NCBI RefSeq assembly: GCF_001194135.2
Contig: NC_068995.1
Location: 23,724,203 to 23,766,808, forward strand
Direction of reading: 5' to 3'
DNA: 42,606 bases
From: Octopus bimaculoides
Taxonomy: Eukaryota
Within the stretch, counting starts at the first letter, position 1. Every line of letters starts with the position of its first letter. A program made the translations under genes and the position numbers. Below the pieces are notes generated by a model. That model was not told the DNA's origin. It searched no databases and saw nothing but the letters and a program-made list of their open reading frames with translations. Shown in pieces: positions 12,748 to 25,864 of this stretch.

Positions 12748-12761
12748 CATTATTATTATTA
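12609..12761. repeat. (AAT)n-CG-(TTA)n inverted trinucleotide microsatellite
   Basis: Polarity switches at CG 12667-12668. Confidence 0.95.
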
Positions 12762-12774
12762 CTTACTTACAAAG

Positions 12775-13148
12775 TAAGGAAACCTTGCTAGTGACAGTTA
12801 GGAACGAGGGAGTATTGAAAGCAGAATAAAAGGGAAAAGCGAAAGAGGTACAAAAAGGACATTTAGAAAAAATATGCAAAAAGGGACAACCCAATCAATT
12901 CCATATATCCACAACAGAAGTTGCTCGAAAAAATAGGTGGGATTGACTAATGAAAGGAACCGTAAAAAAACAGACCAAGAGCACTGTATTGGCAAAACAA
13001 GACCAAGCTTTGGCCACGAACAGGAGGATCGACCTTAGGATTGAGCAAGCGTCTCCGCTGTTCTGTGTCTGCATTAGAGTGGTTGAAACCATTGTCCATA
13101 TCACAAATGGTTGCCCTAGACTTGCCTGAGACCACTACAAGGTCTGTA
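12775..13148 (+). mobile_element. Degraded R4/Dong-type LINE fragment (CCHC zinc-knuckle region)
   Basis: Translates with stops as ...LMKGTVKKQTKSTVLAKQDQALATN...ASPLFCVCIRVVETIVHITNGCPRLA*DHYK, matching AQDQAL.T...SP.CR.C....ET..HI..GC..LA...Y. Confidence 0.8.
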
Positions 13149-13159
13149 CAATAATAATC

Positions 13160-13192
<33 letters not shown>

Positions 13193-13195
<3 letters not shown>

Positions 13196-14233
13196 TTGCA
13201 AGTGCAACAAATTCAAGAATTAGACGAACTAGAAACACCTGCAGAAAAAGCTAAGCGCTTGAAAACCCGTGCTAAAATTGCTGCCTTAGATATTATGACT
13301 GAAAAATGGCATGGAAAACCTCTCAATGGCAAATACCCAAAGAGAGCGAATAATGCAGATATTAACAAAGCCCTTACCCACCAATGGTTAATGGCCTCTG
13401 GCTTGAAATCAGAAACAGAGGGGTTTATCATAGCAGCCCAAGATCAATGCCTACCTACAAAGAACTACCAGGCCAACATATTAAAGAACGGCAGCTCCCC
13501 ATTATGTCGTATATGCCAACAACAAAATGAGACCATCGATCATGTTGTCTCCATGTGCAGTCTGCTTGCGCCTANNNNNNNNNNNNNNNNNNNNNNNNNN
13601 NNNNNNNNNNNNNNNNNNNNNNNNNNNNNNNNNNNNNNNNNNNNNNNNNNNNNNNNNNNNNNNNNNNNNNNNNNNNNNNNNNNNNNNNNNNNNNNNNNNN
13701 NNNNNNNNNNNNNNNNNNNNNNNNNNNNNNNNNNNNNNNNNNNNNNNNNNNNNNNNNNNNNNNNNNNNNNNNNNNNNNNNNNNNNNNNNNNNNNNNNNNN
13801 NNNNNNNNNNNNNNNNNNNNNNNNNNNNNNNNNNNNNNNNNNNNNNNNNNNNNNNNNNNNNNNNNNNNNNNNNNNNNNNNNNNNNNNNNNNNNNNNNNNN
13901 NNNNNNNNNNNNNNNNNNNNNNNNNNNNNNNNNNNNNNNGGAAACCTCAAAATGGCTGAAGTTCAAAAGATAGTGCTCATGGGAACTGCCCATTTCCTAC
14001 GTAAAATACTGTCCATGTGATCTCAAATTTTAAAGCAAACACATAATTTTCTTATGGTTTCTTAAACATTCACTTGAACAAAACTGTACAAATCCAAATA
14101 TATGGTACCCTAGGCATAACACCTACATGAACTTCTAACTTGTTGTCTCTTGAGGTCTCTGGGTGAGACTTAGATCCAACTTGTACAAATGCAAAACAAA
14201 ACTCAAACATAAAATAATAATAATATTAATAAT
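13193..14233 (+). mobile_element. 5'-truncated R4/Dong-type LINE with 3' end, 3' UTR and (AAT)n tail; interior hidden by a gap
   Basis: ORF 13193-14020: WLMASGLKSETEGFIIAAQDQCLPTKNY...CRICQQQNETIDHVVSMCSLLAP (CCHC), gap, VQKIVLMGTAHFLRKILSM* (typical REL-element C-terminus). (AAT)n lies on both flanks. Confidence 0.9.
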
Positions 14234-14295
14234 AACAAAGCAGGATGGGCTACTCGATCTGAAGAAAATTCTAACATGGTCCGACATGCAAAGCA

Positions 14296-14450
14296 ATGCG
14301 ATGTTTATCTTAATACGAGATCACCATGTCACGCACATATGCTTTTGATGCATGTGCTTGATGTTCTCTTATCAGATGGGTATTCATAATGTGTGTATTG
14401 GATTTCGTATATTTCTACCCCAGTGTCACTTAGATGTGGTATGCTGCTCT
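14296..14450 (+). repeat. Dispersed repeat copy 2
   Basis: Diverged direct match to 12456-12609. Confidence 0.8.
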
Positions 14451-15461
14451 CTGAAACGAAAATATTTTTTTATAAACGGAAAATAATTAGTCTGTAAGAA
14501 ATTTATGGAATGTGTGTTTTTCTTTCCATTTTGATTTTATTTTTCTTCGTTGAGCGTTAATTGCTTAGCAGTCGAGAGAGGAGAGAGTGAAATTTTTGGG
14601 TGTCTACAGGCAGGGTACCTCTTTCTAGGGCGTCCTAACCTGTGACGGTGTTTTATAATAGCTAATATTTTAGTTTTACTTACAATGGTGCCCTGACTTT
14701 GCACCAACGGTTTAGCTGGATCATTTAGAATTCAAACTCGGAGGTTTTCGAAGACGTGGTGTCCTAGCTCGCTTAGACGCGACTTTGTAAATCTGTACAG
14801 AGTAAGCGTGGTGGGGTCAATGAGAACGCTTTTGAGGATGATATGGAAGATGTGAGGGGGAAATAGTGAGAAGAAATTAGGAAATGGTCATTAAATATCG
14901 CTCCTGACCGCAGTTGTTAACAAGTTATTATTAACGCTAATAGGACCTTCCAGTAACATAATATACATGTGCGTGGAAGTGTGGTGTACGTTTGGGGTGA
15001 GTTTGTTTGTGCGTCGTTGATAGGCATATCCACGGAAACAAAAACACACATACACTCACACGCATACATACACACACTGCACACACACATGTATTGTAAT
15101 GTTTACATATATGACCTTTGTTTTTTTTGTTTTTAGATCTGCCTGCGCATGTGTTGTAATTAATGTTAACGATTCTTTTGTTGCTTGAAGCGTCGCTGAG
15201 TGATATTATGAAAAACTCCCGTATGTTGTTTTAATTACTAATAAGCGACATGCGCAAGATCTGTTTCGGTGATAATTGCTTTCACCTGAAACAATATGCT
15301 TAAATTCATTATGCATATTATACTGTTTTGATTTTTCTTATACTTCACTTTTATTCATGAGCAATCATGTGCATAAATAGTTAAAGATGCATCATTTATC
15401 CACACTTACACTCGCACATGCAACAATCGTAGAAGAAAATCCATACCATAGAATATTAAAC

Positions 15462-15513
<52 letters not shown>

Positions 15514-15666
15514 GTATGTACATATATAATACATACATGCAAACAAACCCGCATGTAGCATTTAAGGGCATGGAACGGCGTTTATTTTCTCTGCTACAGA
15601 TATTAACAGTCCTTTGACGAATCATATCATAATAGTATCTTAACTCACTTTTTATGAAAGATTTAT

Positions 15667-16045
15667 CACGAACGGATGTGGATGTGTGATAAGAATATTG
15701 CGTCCCATAATACATGGTTCCGGATCCAGTCCTACCACGTTTCTCCTACTATAGCCCTGGGCCAACCAAAGATTTCTGAGTTGGATTCTGTAGAAAGACA
15801 CCGAAAGCCCACCGCAGGTGTGTGTGTCTACGTTTGCATCTCGGTGTTTGTACCCTACCACCGCTTGACATACGGTGTTAATGTGTTTAGTTCACGTATT
15901 TTAGCGGTTCTGAAACAATGAAACTGATGGAATAAGTACTAGGCACAAAATCAAAAGTTGGTAATGGGGTTGATTCGTTCGATTAAGATTCTTCAAGGCA
16001 GTGCCCCAATATGTCGGTAGTCAAATGACTAAAACAATTTTAAGA
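15667..16045 (+). mobile_element. Old, near full-length tRNA-headed CORE-like SINE
   Basis: Aligns by eye along its length to the copies at 30503-30980 and 37332-37685. Confidence 0.8.
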
Positions 16046-17295
16046 TATTTATTTATGATAAACTTGAATTTTAAATGGCAGAGAAGATAAGTACCAGTCT
16101 AAGAATGGTACACATATCCCACCGATTTTTTTGCCGATGTTCTCTCCGCCCGATTGTAACAAGTATTTATAAGATACTTGGATATTATATGTGCCATATT
16201 GCAATGCAATATAGAAAGTCGCATTTGTACGGCTTCCTCCGTCCGTGTTTTTGTACCTTAACTCTGGACTATGCATTTCCGTGTATGTGGAAATCATTTT
16301 GTTTTCTTCTCATCGTTATGTAAAGATAAGAAGATTGTGAAGAACATTAAGCTAGAATTAAAATAGCACACATTTAGCGTGTCGCAGAATTCATGTTGAA
16401 ATATATTATTAGGATTCTTCGTCAGAATAATGGATTACATATTATATACGATTCCATATTTAATGAGAACAAATATTCTTCACCATCTTCTGTTGTAGAA
16501 GATTTACATCTCCATCATTTAATGGTTGTTCTTCTTATTTAAAGATTGGAGAACTGTTGCTTCTAATAACCATACGAATACAAATTGCTTAACGATATTC
16601 CAAAGCCGTCTTCTTTTCCTCTCCTACAAAGTAGCCATCTCTGTTTATAAAATATTTATTTGTTAGGTGTCAAACACTTAGCAAGGACGAAGACTTTAAT
16701 AATCCCATCAGATTTGTTTCATCATCCTCATATTTTAAAGTAACTTTATACGCGAAATGCTGCATATTTAAAAAATAGTGATTGCTCAGATTCGTGGAAG
16801 ATCGCTAATTAGCATGGAGGTATGATTCTATCAACAGCATGTCAGCTTACGTTTTATTGACAACAGCCAGATGTAGCACATAGCTGTACTCTCCATAAAA
16901 TAAATTAAAATAATTCTTTTAAGATGTTCAGTTTGGGTGCAGTCTTACGCTGCTCATTCGATCTTCAGCAGGTGAAATCAGAAATAGAACAACATTACTT
17001 ATGAGTGCAACACTGCAATGAGAACCGCTGAAATTCTCAAAGTTAAGACTATTCAAGTGACAGGCATTTGATAGCTTTAAATTGTAACAGTTTTCACTCC
17101 AGCGTACTACTGATATTAATAGCTGCTATTGTTTTTCAATACGTAATCAATTAGTCATTAAATTTACTTACATTGTACATTCTTCCGTAAAAAGAACTCA
17201 GGAAATAAAATACATACATATATTCATACACACACAACACACATACACACACGCACGCACACACACACACACACACACACGCACGCACGGAGCAG

Positions 17296-17333
<38 letters not shown>

Positions 17334-20048
17334 CAGATCATATATGTTACAAGGGATGGTATTCTGTTTATATCCTTCCCTATTTAATAGTAATACAATT
17401 TGTAGAAGAAGTTCTCAACTGGATTAAAAATTAATTACATGCCTAGATCCCATGATAATTTTGCTTCTACTTCAAGCACTTCCAAATGAAATCAATATTA
17501 ATATCCCTAATGTTTTTCTATAGCCAAGAATATAGACCATTTACTTCACTTATGTCGCTAATGTCATTACGAAAGAGTATGTTCAGGGGCCCCGACAAGT
17601 GGATACAAGTGAATAACGGATCATTACGGTCTATACACGTTAGTTACTATTCAGGTGACTGATAGCAAGCTAAGTCCAGCGAGGAATCCTGCAAGAAGAG
17701 ACGTAATTTCGATAATATGCCACTAAATGAAATAAGATAAATGCATAAAGTGAATTTTCTTTTTTTTTTCTAAATATAAACTGTAAAAAGGAGTTTGAAT
17801 ATTAAGGTTACTTTAAGTTTAGTATGTTATCTAATATGAGTGCATTATTCAGACAGACTTTTGTTTAAGGGGTTATACATTAGAAGCGAAAAATGATTAT
17901 TTCTGCGCCAAGAGTCATGGTACCAAAATCACATAATATATGAGCACAATATACTGTACCTGTAACGGAACGAAATATATAGCAATATGTGATTAAAAAA
18001 CAAACATAAAAAATATATTTATTAGCAACATCTTGTCAAGATAATTATACCAATGTGCTTTACACGTACTTAAGTACGTGATACCATTTTTGTATTAGAA
18101 CTCTTAACTTCATATGTAATAAGAGAAAGAAAGCTAGCATCAATTTAATCGGATAAAAATGAAAGTGTGCGTAGAATTTTAACGAGTTTATATGAATTTC
18201 TACTGCAATATCTATTCCAGTGCTGGACTGGAGCATCAAATCCATCTACGTCTTTATTAACATCAATATCTAGAATATAAAATATCGGTCCATTTCGATT
18301 AGCATCATCGGCATGAATAGCTGTATCATTTTTTTCATCTTTCCTGTTTATCCTTATCTCTTTGAACATCACTTAATTTCACAAACACACATCCGTAGTG
18401 TCAATCACATTCGTATACACAACCATCCAGGCACACACTAACATAAAGCAACTGATAACAAGAGAAACTTTACACGATCATACATTTATTCCGATTTCTC
18501 TCTCTTGTTCACTCTACCTTTCTTTTCACTCACTCCCTCTATTGTGGATAGTACCTCTCTCCTATTTCTCCTTTTTCTCTTCTTTCACTCTGTTCTATTA
18601 TCTCATTTTCTCATTTTTCCTTTTCCTTATCCTCCTGCCTTTTAAACATCCTATCTCTCTATTGATTTACTTGGCAATTTTATTTCTTTGTTTGACGAAT
18701 GTTTTTGTTTCATTTTAGGTTTTTGTATTCTCAGAAGATCACTAGTTTCTCTTCAGCTTATCTAAACATATTCTTTTTTTTTACATCAAGCTGTTTTCCT
18801 TTACATAACCGACACATTGTTATATTTAGTGGTTATTATACACTTTATAGATAGGCCAATTTATTGTTTCGGTGTTTTTTCTTCAAACAAATATTTTTTC
18901 TATAGCATGATGATACAACACTCTCGTTGAACTACTAATTATTGCCTACACATGAATTATTGAAACGTTTCCATATTTACTGAACTAACTTGAAAAGCTA
19001 TGACACAATCTTAAGTTCTACCGATGCGTTTTAAAAACAAAATTCCACACATCTTCGATCGCATGGCAAATTTTCAGTCATTAAAGCGTAGGCAGATTGT
19101 CTCTCTCTGTTTCGGCTTTCCAAGTTCAACTGCCACAAAGGCCTCAATTGTCTTTCACCCTTTGGTGAATCAATTCATGTTAGCGAAGTGGCAGAACTGT
19201 TCGATTGTCAAACGAATCACCTTGCGGTGCTAGATACAAGTCTGGAAGACAACATTCATCACCATATTAAATGACACTACCTGAATCTTGAATGCGTTTA
19301 GTTGAATTTGTTGCAAATATCCAGTCTAGGTCTCAAGTTTGCATACAACATCATTCTTTCTACCTACCCCGTCGGAGGCCCGGAAAAATAAAGTGTCATG
19401 GACACTGCGTTTTCCTCACTGATCACCTGGTAAATAATTCAATATGTAAATAAAGCGCTCACTCAATTTTGCCAGTTTTATATTTAGTTTTGATTAGAAT
19501 GATACAGTGTGGTATTATAGCAACAGAGATCTTGTTTGCTAAAAATTTATATCTTATCTCTATCTCTAAGAATCCGTTATTGTAGCTGCGATGACATCCA
19601 CAAACATAAAACTGCGATGTCTTCTCTAGGATGCAATCCTGGGTAAGGAAAATCATCATTTACCTATGCAGAATAACTGATGATCTTTCCCTACAACGGA
19701 AGCCACCGTTATTGTCCAAGAGAAAAAGTGAGTGCCAACAAATTTTGGCAAGAGAGAAGTTACCAGAAATAAGTTAAAGAAATTGCCGGACTGCCTCCAG
19801 AATTCCAGTTTATGATTACTTGAATTAATCGAACCCAGAATTTGACTTGAACTGATTAGTGTTATTATTCACAAGGAAATGATCAGAGTCAAAGATGACC
19901 TCGAGGGTATATCACAACACAAAAGCACCGGACGAAATATCACAATATTACCCGATAATTTAATGATTCTGCCAACGACCACCCTTAAGTACATGCACAT
20001 TAAAACTCACACATTCATACACAATTGAACACAAACATACATACATTT

Positions 20049-20088
<40 letters not shown>

Positions 20089-21144
20089 NNNNNNNNNNNN
20101 NNNNNNNNNNNNNNNNNNNNNNNNNNNNNNNNNNNNNNNNNNNNNNNNNNNNNNNNNNNNNNNNNNNNNNNNNNNNNNNNNNNNNNNNNNNNNNNNNNNN
20201 NNNNNNNNNNNNNNNNNNNNNNNNNNNNNNNNNNNNNNNNNNNNNNNNNNNNNNNNNNNNNNNNNNNNNNNNNNNNNNNNNNNNNNNNNNNNNNNNNNNN
20301 NNNNNNNNNNNNNNNNNNNNNNNNNNNNNNNNNNNNNNNNNNNNNNNNNNNNNNNNNNNNNNNNNNNNNNNNNTGTGTGTGTGTGTGTGTGTGTGTGTCT
20401 GTGAATAAAAATTAAAATTAAAATTAAAATTAAAAAATATTTCAAAAGAGGGTTTTGTATGATCGTGTATGGAGGAATATATTATTTAAAAGAGTTCCAA
20501 CTCTGTCTGTTTTTTTTATGTTTTATTTATATTCTTATAAAATTAATGTGGGATATAGAATATGGAATATATAATATAAATAGTCAAATGAAATGAAGTA
20601 TTGATTGTCTTATTGAATATATGAAATATTGAGTATTAAATATAGAGAATTAAATATATAAAGGCTAGTTTACTTTCATGCCTATCATCTTGATGAATGC
20701 GAAACATGATATTATTGTAAACAATAATAATCCTTATATATATTTTAATAATTTATTATTCACTTCGATCACCGTTTTAAAGTCGCCACAAGAGAAAGTG
20801 AAAACAGTGTTCAGTTCTCTTCTTGATGATCTATAAAAGGAATAAAAATGCAGCAGTATCTTTGGCATTTCAGACTTAATCTCTTCTTCTCCAGAATATT
20901 CGAAGGAAAGCGTAGGACATAGTCAGTTACGTATGTGCTATAGCAATATGGTTAATTCTGTGTCCTGTGAAGGCTGAGGACTCATTTACCGAACCGCAAA
21001 GTTACAGTGATGCAATCACACCAATACTGATTGTCCGATTGTCAAGTGTTCGTGGGGGAAAAACGCAGACACGAAGACATTTACAAATATATATATATAA
21101 GTCAGTAAATAATGGGGTTGTGTTAATCCTATGTGGAGAAATAA

Positions 21145-22115
21145 TAGGAAAGGCAAAAATAATATTAAGGCAGAATGCTAAACTGAAAGCATATTTTAAT
21201 ATAAATGGGTGTAAGGATTTCAAAAGGATTTCAAACCGACTTTCATTGCATGGCAAATTTTCAAGATAAGGAGAAAAAAGAGTTTTTTTCAAAAATAATA
21301 TGAATATATAAAAAATAAATATACCAATACATCATAATGTCTTCAAGCTTTTGAAGTTCACTAATTAGCCTTGGAAAAATTTGTTGGAAGAGTTAGGATG
21401 CATGTGTTTCTGTGTAGTGTTTTTTCAAGAAGGTTGGATGTTTATGTGTCAAACAGGGAATGGGGTAGAAGTATTCAAATGCCTGTGGATAGGGAGAGAT
21501 AATTCTGTGTGTTTTGTACTCGTTAATTGGAATGCTGGATTTTTTATCAACAGGATGCTTTTGTCTGTTCTTAGATTTAATGAGGTAGGTTAGAAAACAG
21601 AATACGGTCACCGTGTAGTTTGCATATTAAGAAGTGTTTGGAATTTTTCAATGAGAAGATTCTCCTTGTTGGTTCTTTCTTGTGTAGAGATTCTGTCTTT
21701 ACATTGATAGAGAGGGAAATGAGAAATTTGGGATTTTCATTTCTAGCGCAAGAGTCTATGTGGCTACTGAGTGGAATTTGACGGTATTGTGGGAGATTTA
21801 TCTGTTCTTTATGGATACTAAACATCCAGTATTCTTGAAAAAACACTACACAGAAACATGCATCCTAACCCTTCCAACAAGTTTTTCCAAGGAAAATTAG
21901 TGAACTTCAAAAGCTTAAAGACATGATGTATTGGTATATTTATTTTTTTATATATTTATTATTAAAAAAAAAAAATCTTTTTTTCTCCTTTTCTTGAAAA
22001 TGTCCATGCAATGAAAGCCGGTTTGAAATCCTCTTGAAATCCTTACACACATTTATATTAAAATATGCTTTCAGTTTAGCATTCTGCCTTATTATTATTA
22101 TTTCTGCCTCTCCTA
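21145..22115 (-). mobile_element. Second 5'-truncated PLE with ~300 bp inverted terminal duplication
   Basis: Inverted repeat 21145-21444 / 21819-22115. The interior on the minus strand gives IHKEQINLPQYRQIPLSSHIDSCA...PKFLI, then (frameshift) KENLLIEKFQTLLN, matching the GIY-YIG C-terminal KE..I..F.P.LN pattern. Confidence 0.8.
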
Positions 22116-22337
22116 TGTATNNNNNNNNNNNNNNNNNNNNNNNNNNNNNNNNNNNNNNNNNNNNNNNNNNNNNNNNNNNNNNNNNNNNNNNNNNNNNNNN
22201 NNNNNNNNNNNNNNNNNNNNNNNNNNNNNNNNNNNNNNNNNNNNNNNNNNNNNNNNNNNNNNNNNNNNNNNNNNNNNNNNNNNNNNNNNNNNNNNNNNNN
22301 NNNNNNNNNNNNNNNTATATATATATATATATATATA

Positions 22338-22430
22338 TGAATCCGATGGGTTTCTTTCAGACACCTGCCTACAACGTTCCACGCAGTGAGACTGAACCCG
22401 AAACGTCTTACCGCACAGCCACACGTGTGT
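22338..22430 (-). mobile_element. CORE-like SINE head fragment
   Basis: Reverse complement GTGGCTGTGCGGTAAG...GGGTTCAGTCTCACTGCGTGG matches the family head. Confidence 0.7.
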
Positions 22431-24334
22431 CTATATTTAGTATCCATATCTTCATCAGTATGTGGTTATGTTATATTTGAACATATATGGAAGAGTGTGG
22501 AGCCTTTTCACTCTCGGTTTAGCCCCAGGGTTTTAACGGACTGGTATGTCACAATCCGATTATGTGTTTGACCCGATGACAAGGAGACATATTATACGAT
22601 TCCAGGTATGTGTGTTCAGCTTACCTGCAGCACTTTCTTCCACTAATTAAGGCAAGCGGTGACAAGGGCGTTTTTGCCTAACTGACGAGGTGTGACTCTG
22701 CCTAGAAAGTACAAAGTGATTAGAAAAAAAAAATCATATCTGAATTAAAGTTGGGGTGGAATGCTCATCCACTAGAGGCAAATTCTGGTTTGAAGAACCT
22801 ACCTTACAAGATGTAGATATACGTACGTGATATTTTTGCCGAGATTTTCTTACATTTTTAATGCAACTGATAACAGGATAGAAGATTTTCGAGCTTTCAG
22901 AAGGAAAGACAGATAGAACTGATAAGGGAATACACATATCAGAAAGGATTGTCGTCGATAATTTCAGCTTTATAATTACTTGAAGACGAATTTAAAATTT
23001 GGACCCAAATATTGAGAACAAAATTTTTCCAGATATATCGTCATGAATGCGCATTTGTGTGCGATCCAAGCACCTACATCAACTCTTGGTCCAATCTATA
23101 AGATTCGATCGGGAAGAGCCACGTTATCTGGCATTTCCTTAGTGCAAAAGACTTCAGATTGGGTTTCGAAATCTAAAAATCTAGATTGCTACACACGTAT
23201 AGGCATCCTTTCGGCAGTCAGAATTACTAGCAACCGAATGGAACCTATTTAAAACAACACGTTTGGCCATCGCATGGTATTCTCTTGTATTTGATCGGTA
23301 TGTTCTGAATCTTCGGCCTCTGTCGCAGAAATTGAATCTGTTGAACTGCATTCTGATCGAGCTGAAATGGTGAAATACCTTGTCATTATGTGTGAATGAT
23401 ATCACTGTAATAGTGCCGAATATCAAAGAGACTGGAAATTCAACACGTATGCATCTCGTTATCGGAGGATGCAATCCATATTGACGTCAATGTCATAGTG
23501 CACTGGAGAGCGAGGCTGTTTAAGCTGCTTGAGATCCGTTTCGTATCCCAAGTGCAGGTAGATCGGAACTACGACACTATTACATGCATAATCACTACCT
23601 CGTCCCAAAATAGTGTGAGAACATGTTACTAATATATTCGAAAACCTTACCTTTTCGACGGAGCTGAAATTCTAGTTCAAGCGAAGACAAAAACTAGGCA
23701 TGTGGCATTTGAAATAATGTCTGACGCTAATACATTAAACCATTCAGACTATACGCAGGTCGAAAGTTGAACGCAAGCAATGCATTCGTAAATAGTTGTA
23801 CAGAAAATTGATGACTTCCGGGCAAATACATAACGAACACGTTGAATATGTCTTTCAGAGATTTGCGTTGTCGACTCTTCCGGAGATACCTTCCTTGTTG
23901 ATTTATTTTTGTTTACCCTTGTTAATAACTTATTTACGCGTTGTAAAGCTTCTACAGTTTAGTATAGCCTTCTTGTGAGGTCCACAACGTCACACAGCCC
24001 GTGTAGTTAATAAAGAAAAAGAACCTTTATATATGGCATAATAAATTGATAATACAATATATATTGATATCATTATTGATTATTCGCGAAATATCTTAGA
24101 AGCTGTAAATATTTATGGGCTTAGTGTCCAATAATTGACAAGAGGACTGACATTTAATGCTTATGTTTACAGTATATTAGATAAATAAATAAATAAATAA
24201 ATCACCGTTGTTAATGTAAGAGCAAATATTATCCGGGATTTATGACAGTATCTACAACTTATAAAGAAAGGAGACACAAGATTGAATCTGACTTGCTATA
24301 GGCCTTCACAGAGATCTGGTGTATATGCAAAGGA

Positions 24335-24468
24335 ACCCGATAGAATAGGTACTAGGCTTTCCAGAAGAAATAATAAGTACTGGGGTCGGTAAGTTCGGTT
24401 AAAATTCTCCAAGGCGGTTCCCAAGCAGCTGCACACTAATGGCTGAAACAAGTAAACGATAAAAGAAT
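24335..24468 (+). mobile_element. CORE-like SINE 3' fragment
   Basis: CCGATAGAATAGGTACTAGG...GGGGTCG...GCTGAAACAAGTAAA matches the family tail. Confidence 0.7.
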
Positions 24469-24689
24469 ATACGTGTATGTATATATATATATATATNNNN
24501 NNNNNNNNNNNNNNNNNNNNNNNNNNNNNNNNNNNNNNNNNNNNNNNNNNNNNNNNNNNNNNNNNNNNNNNNNNNNNNNNNNNNNNNNNNNNNNNNNNNN
24601 NNNNNNNNNNNNNNNNNNNNNNNNNNNNNNNNNNNNNNNNNNNNNNNNNNNNNNNNNNNNNNNNNNNNNNNNNNNNNNNNNNNNNNNNN

Positions 24690-24775
<86 letters not shown>

Positions 24776-24846
24776 CACACACACATATATATAACAGAAT
24801 TCTCGAAAAAACAACAGACGAAGACAGGTGGTGTAAACAACAAATG

Positions 24847-25860
24847 GATGGCAGGTATAATCTTGCTACTCCTGCCCTTAGGTGGAGTTCTCCATTCCAA
24901 TCGAATTCCTTCCTAGCTCTTCTGTATAGCTTTGCTAATTCAGTTTTTGTCCAATCTACAAAAGCTGCTGAATTTCTAAGTAATGATACTGCCCAAATAT
25001 TTACAGCGTTCACTAGATTCGGACTATTTAGCTTTGATTTCATTAGCTTCATCACCGTTCTGATGTACTCCTTCGCAATTTTCGTTTTCATTTCTGTTGT
25101 AAGGACTATGTCAGATTCTAATATTCCTTGACACTTAGAACCCTCACCTCCTGTCAATGATTTTAATGTCTGACTATCTTATAAAAATGCTTCAGATCAT
25201 TCATGTAGAGCAAATGGTTAATTTTTTCATTACTATTTCTGAACTGATACCCTGCTTTAACCTTCCTTAATACTAAATTGGTGGAGGCGGGCTTATCAAA
25301 CATAGAACAAATATCAAAGGGGACAAGGAGTCCACCTGGAAAATTGCTCTTTTGATATTAACTTTCCCTAAGAGAGTGTCACCTGATTAACGATCTACTT
25401 TCCATTTCTTCATGCTAATCAATTCTCTTATGTTATCTACTGTACTGAATATACTCAAACATTCACTTATCTATGAGTTTCATAGTATTTCCTATAATCT
25501 ATCCATGCTTTTGTTTGATTCTTCTTTCCAGCTCTTACTTCATTTAGAACTGCTATGTATTATAGCAGTTCTATGCATAATAGATCATACTTTCCTCTAG
25601 CCTTCTTTCTGCGACCTTTCTGTTCTTCTGGTAGTAAATTCTGGTTGTCAAGGGGCTCGTAAATGCTTTCTGACTGCATTCTTGTTAACAGCATCCACAC
25701 TAATAGTAAACCAGTGATTGATCTATAATTGCTATCAGTATTAGCCTTGTTTTGTCTTCCATAAGGAGTACTGTCTCCCTCCAGTAATTCAATCTGGTTT
25801 TATCCCTCCATTAAGGCTGTCCTGAAGTTGCAGTACGATTTCAAGCTATCTTCTTGAAAT
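24847..25860 (-). mobile_element. R4/Dong-type LINE RT and thumb remnant (fragment B)
   Basis: With frameshifts: NLLPEEQKGRRK, AWIDYRK, IFQVDSLSPLIFV, HLLYMNDLK, and GILESDIV...KEYIRTVMKLMKSKLNSPNLVNAVNIWAV...GVARLYLP. Confidence 0.9.
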
Positions 25861-25864
25861 ATTT

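Noticed and set aside
12456-14450. 155 bp direct repeats flanking LINE fragments, resembling LTRs
   Set aside because: No TG...CA ends, visibly diverged, copy 1 has an (AAT)n tail, and the interior is non-LTR sequence; two copies of a dispersed repeat explain it.
14775-14785. 11-nt match AGACGCGACTT to the permuted-hammerhead region (4868-4878)
   Set aside because: No CTGANGA box or stem I partner nearby; too short to support homology.
18145-18372. ORF with AIHADDANRNGPIFYIL, faintly cadherin-like
   Set aside because: The DxD/NG spacing is not canonical, no other cadherin motifs are present, and there is no convincing splice donor.
19630-19727. Exon-like segment reading MQSWVRKIIIYLCR, reminiscent of the post-TM3 WVR motif of Cys-loop receptors
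   Set aside because: Only a three-residue match, no flanking transmembrane exons found, and it contains internal competing splice signals.
23210-23385. Minus-strand S/E/D-rich open frame after a TTTCAG acceptor
   Set aside because: No recognisable domain and no supporting neighbouring exon.
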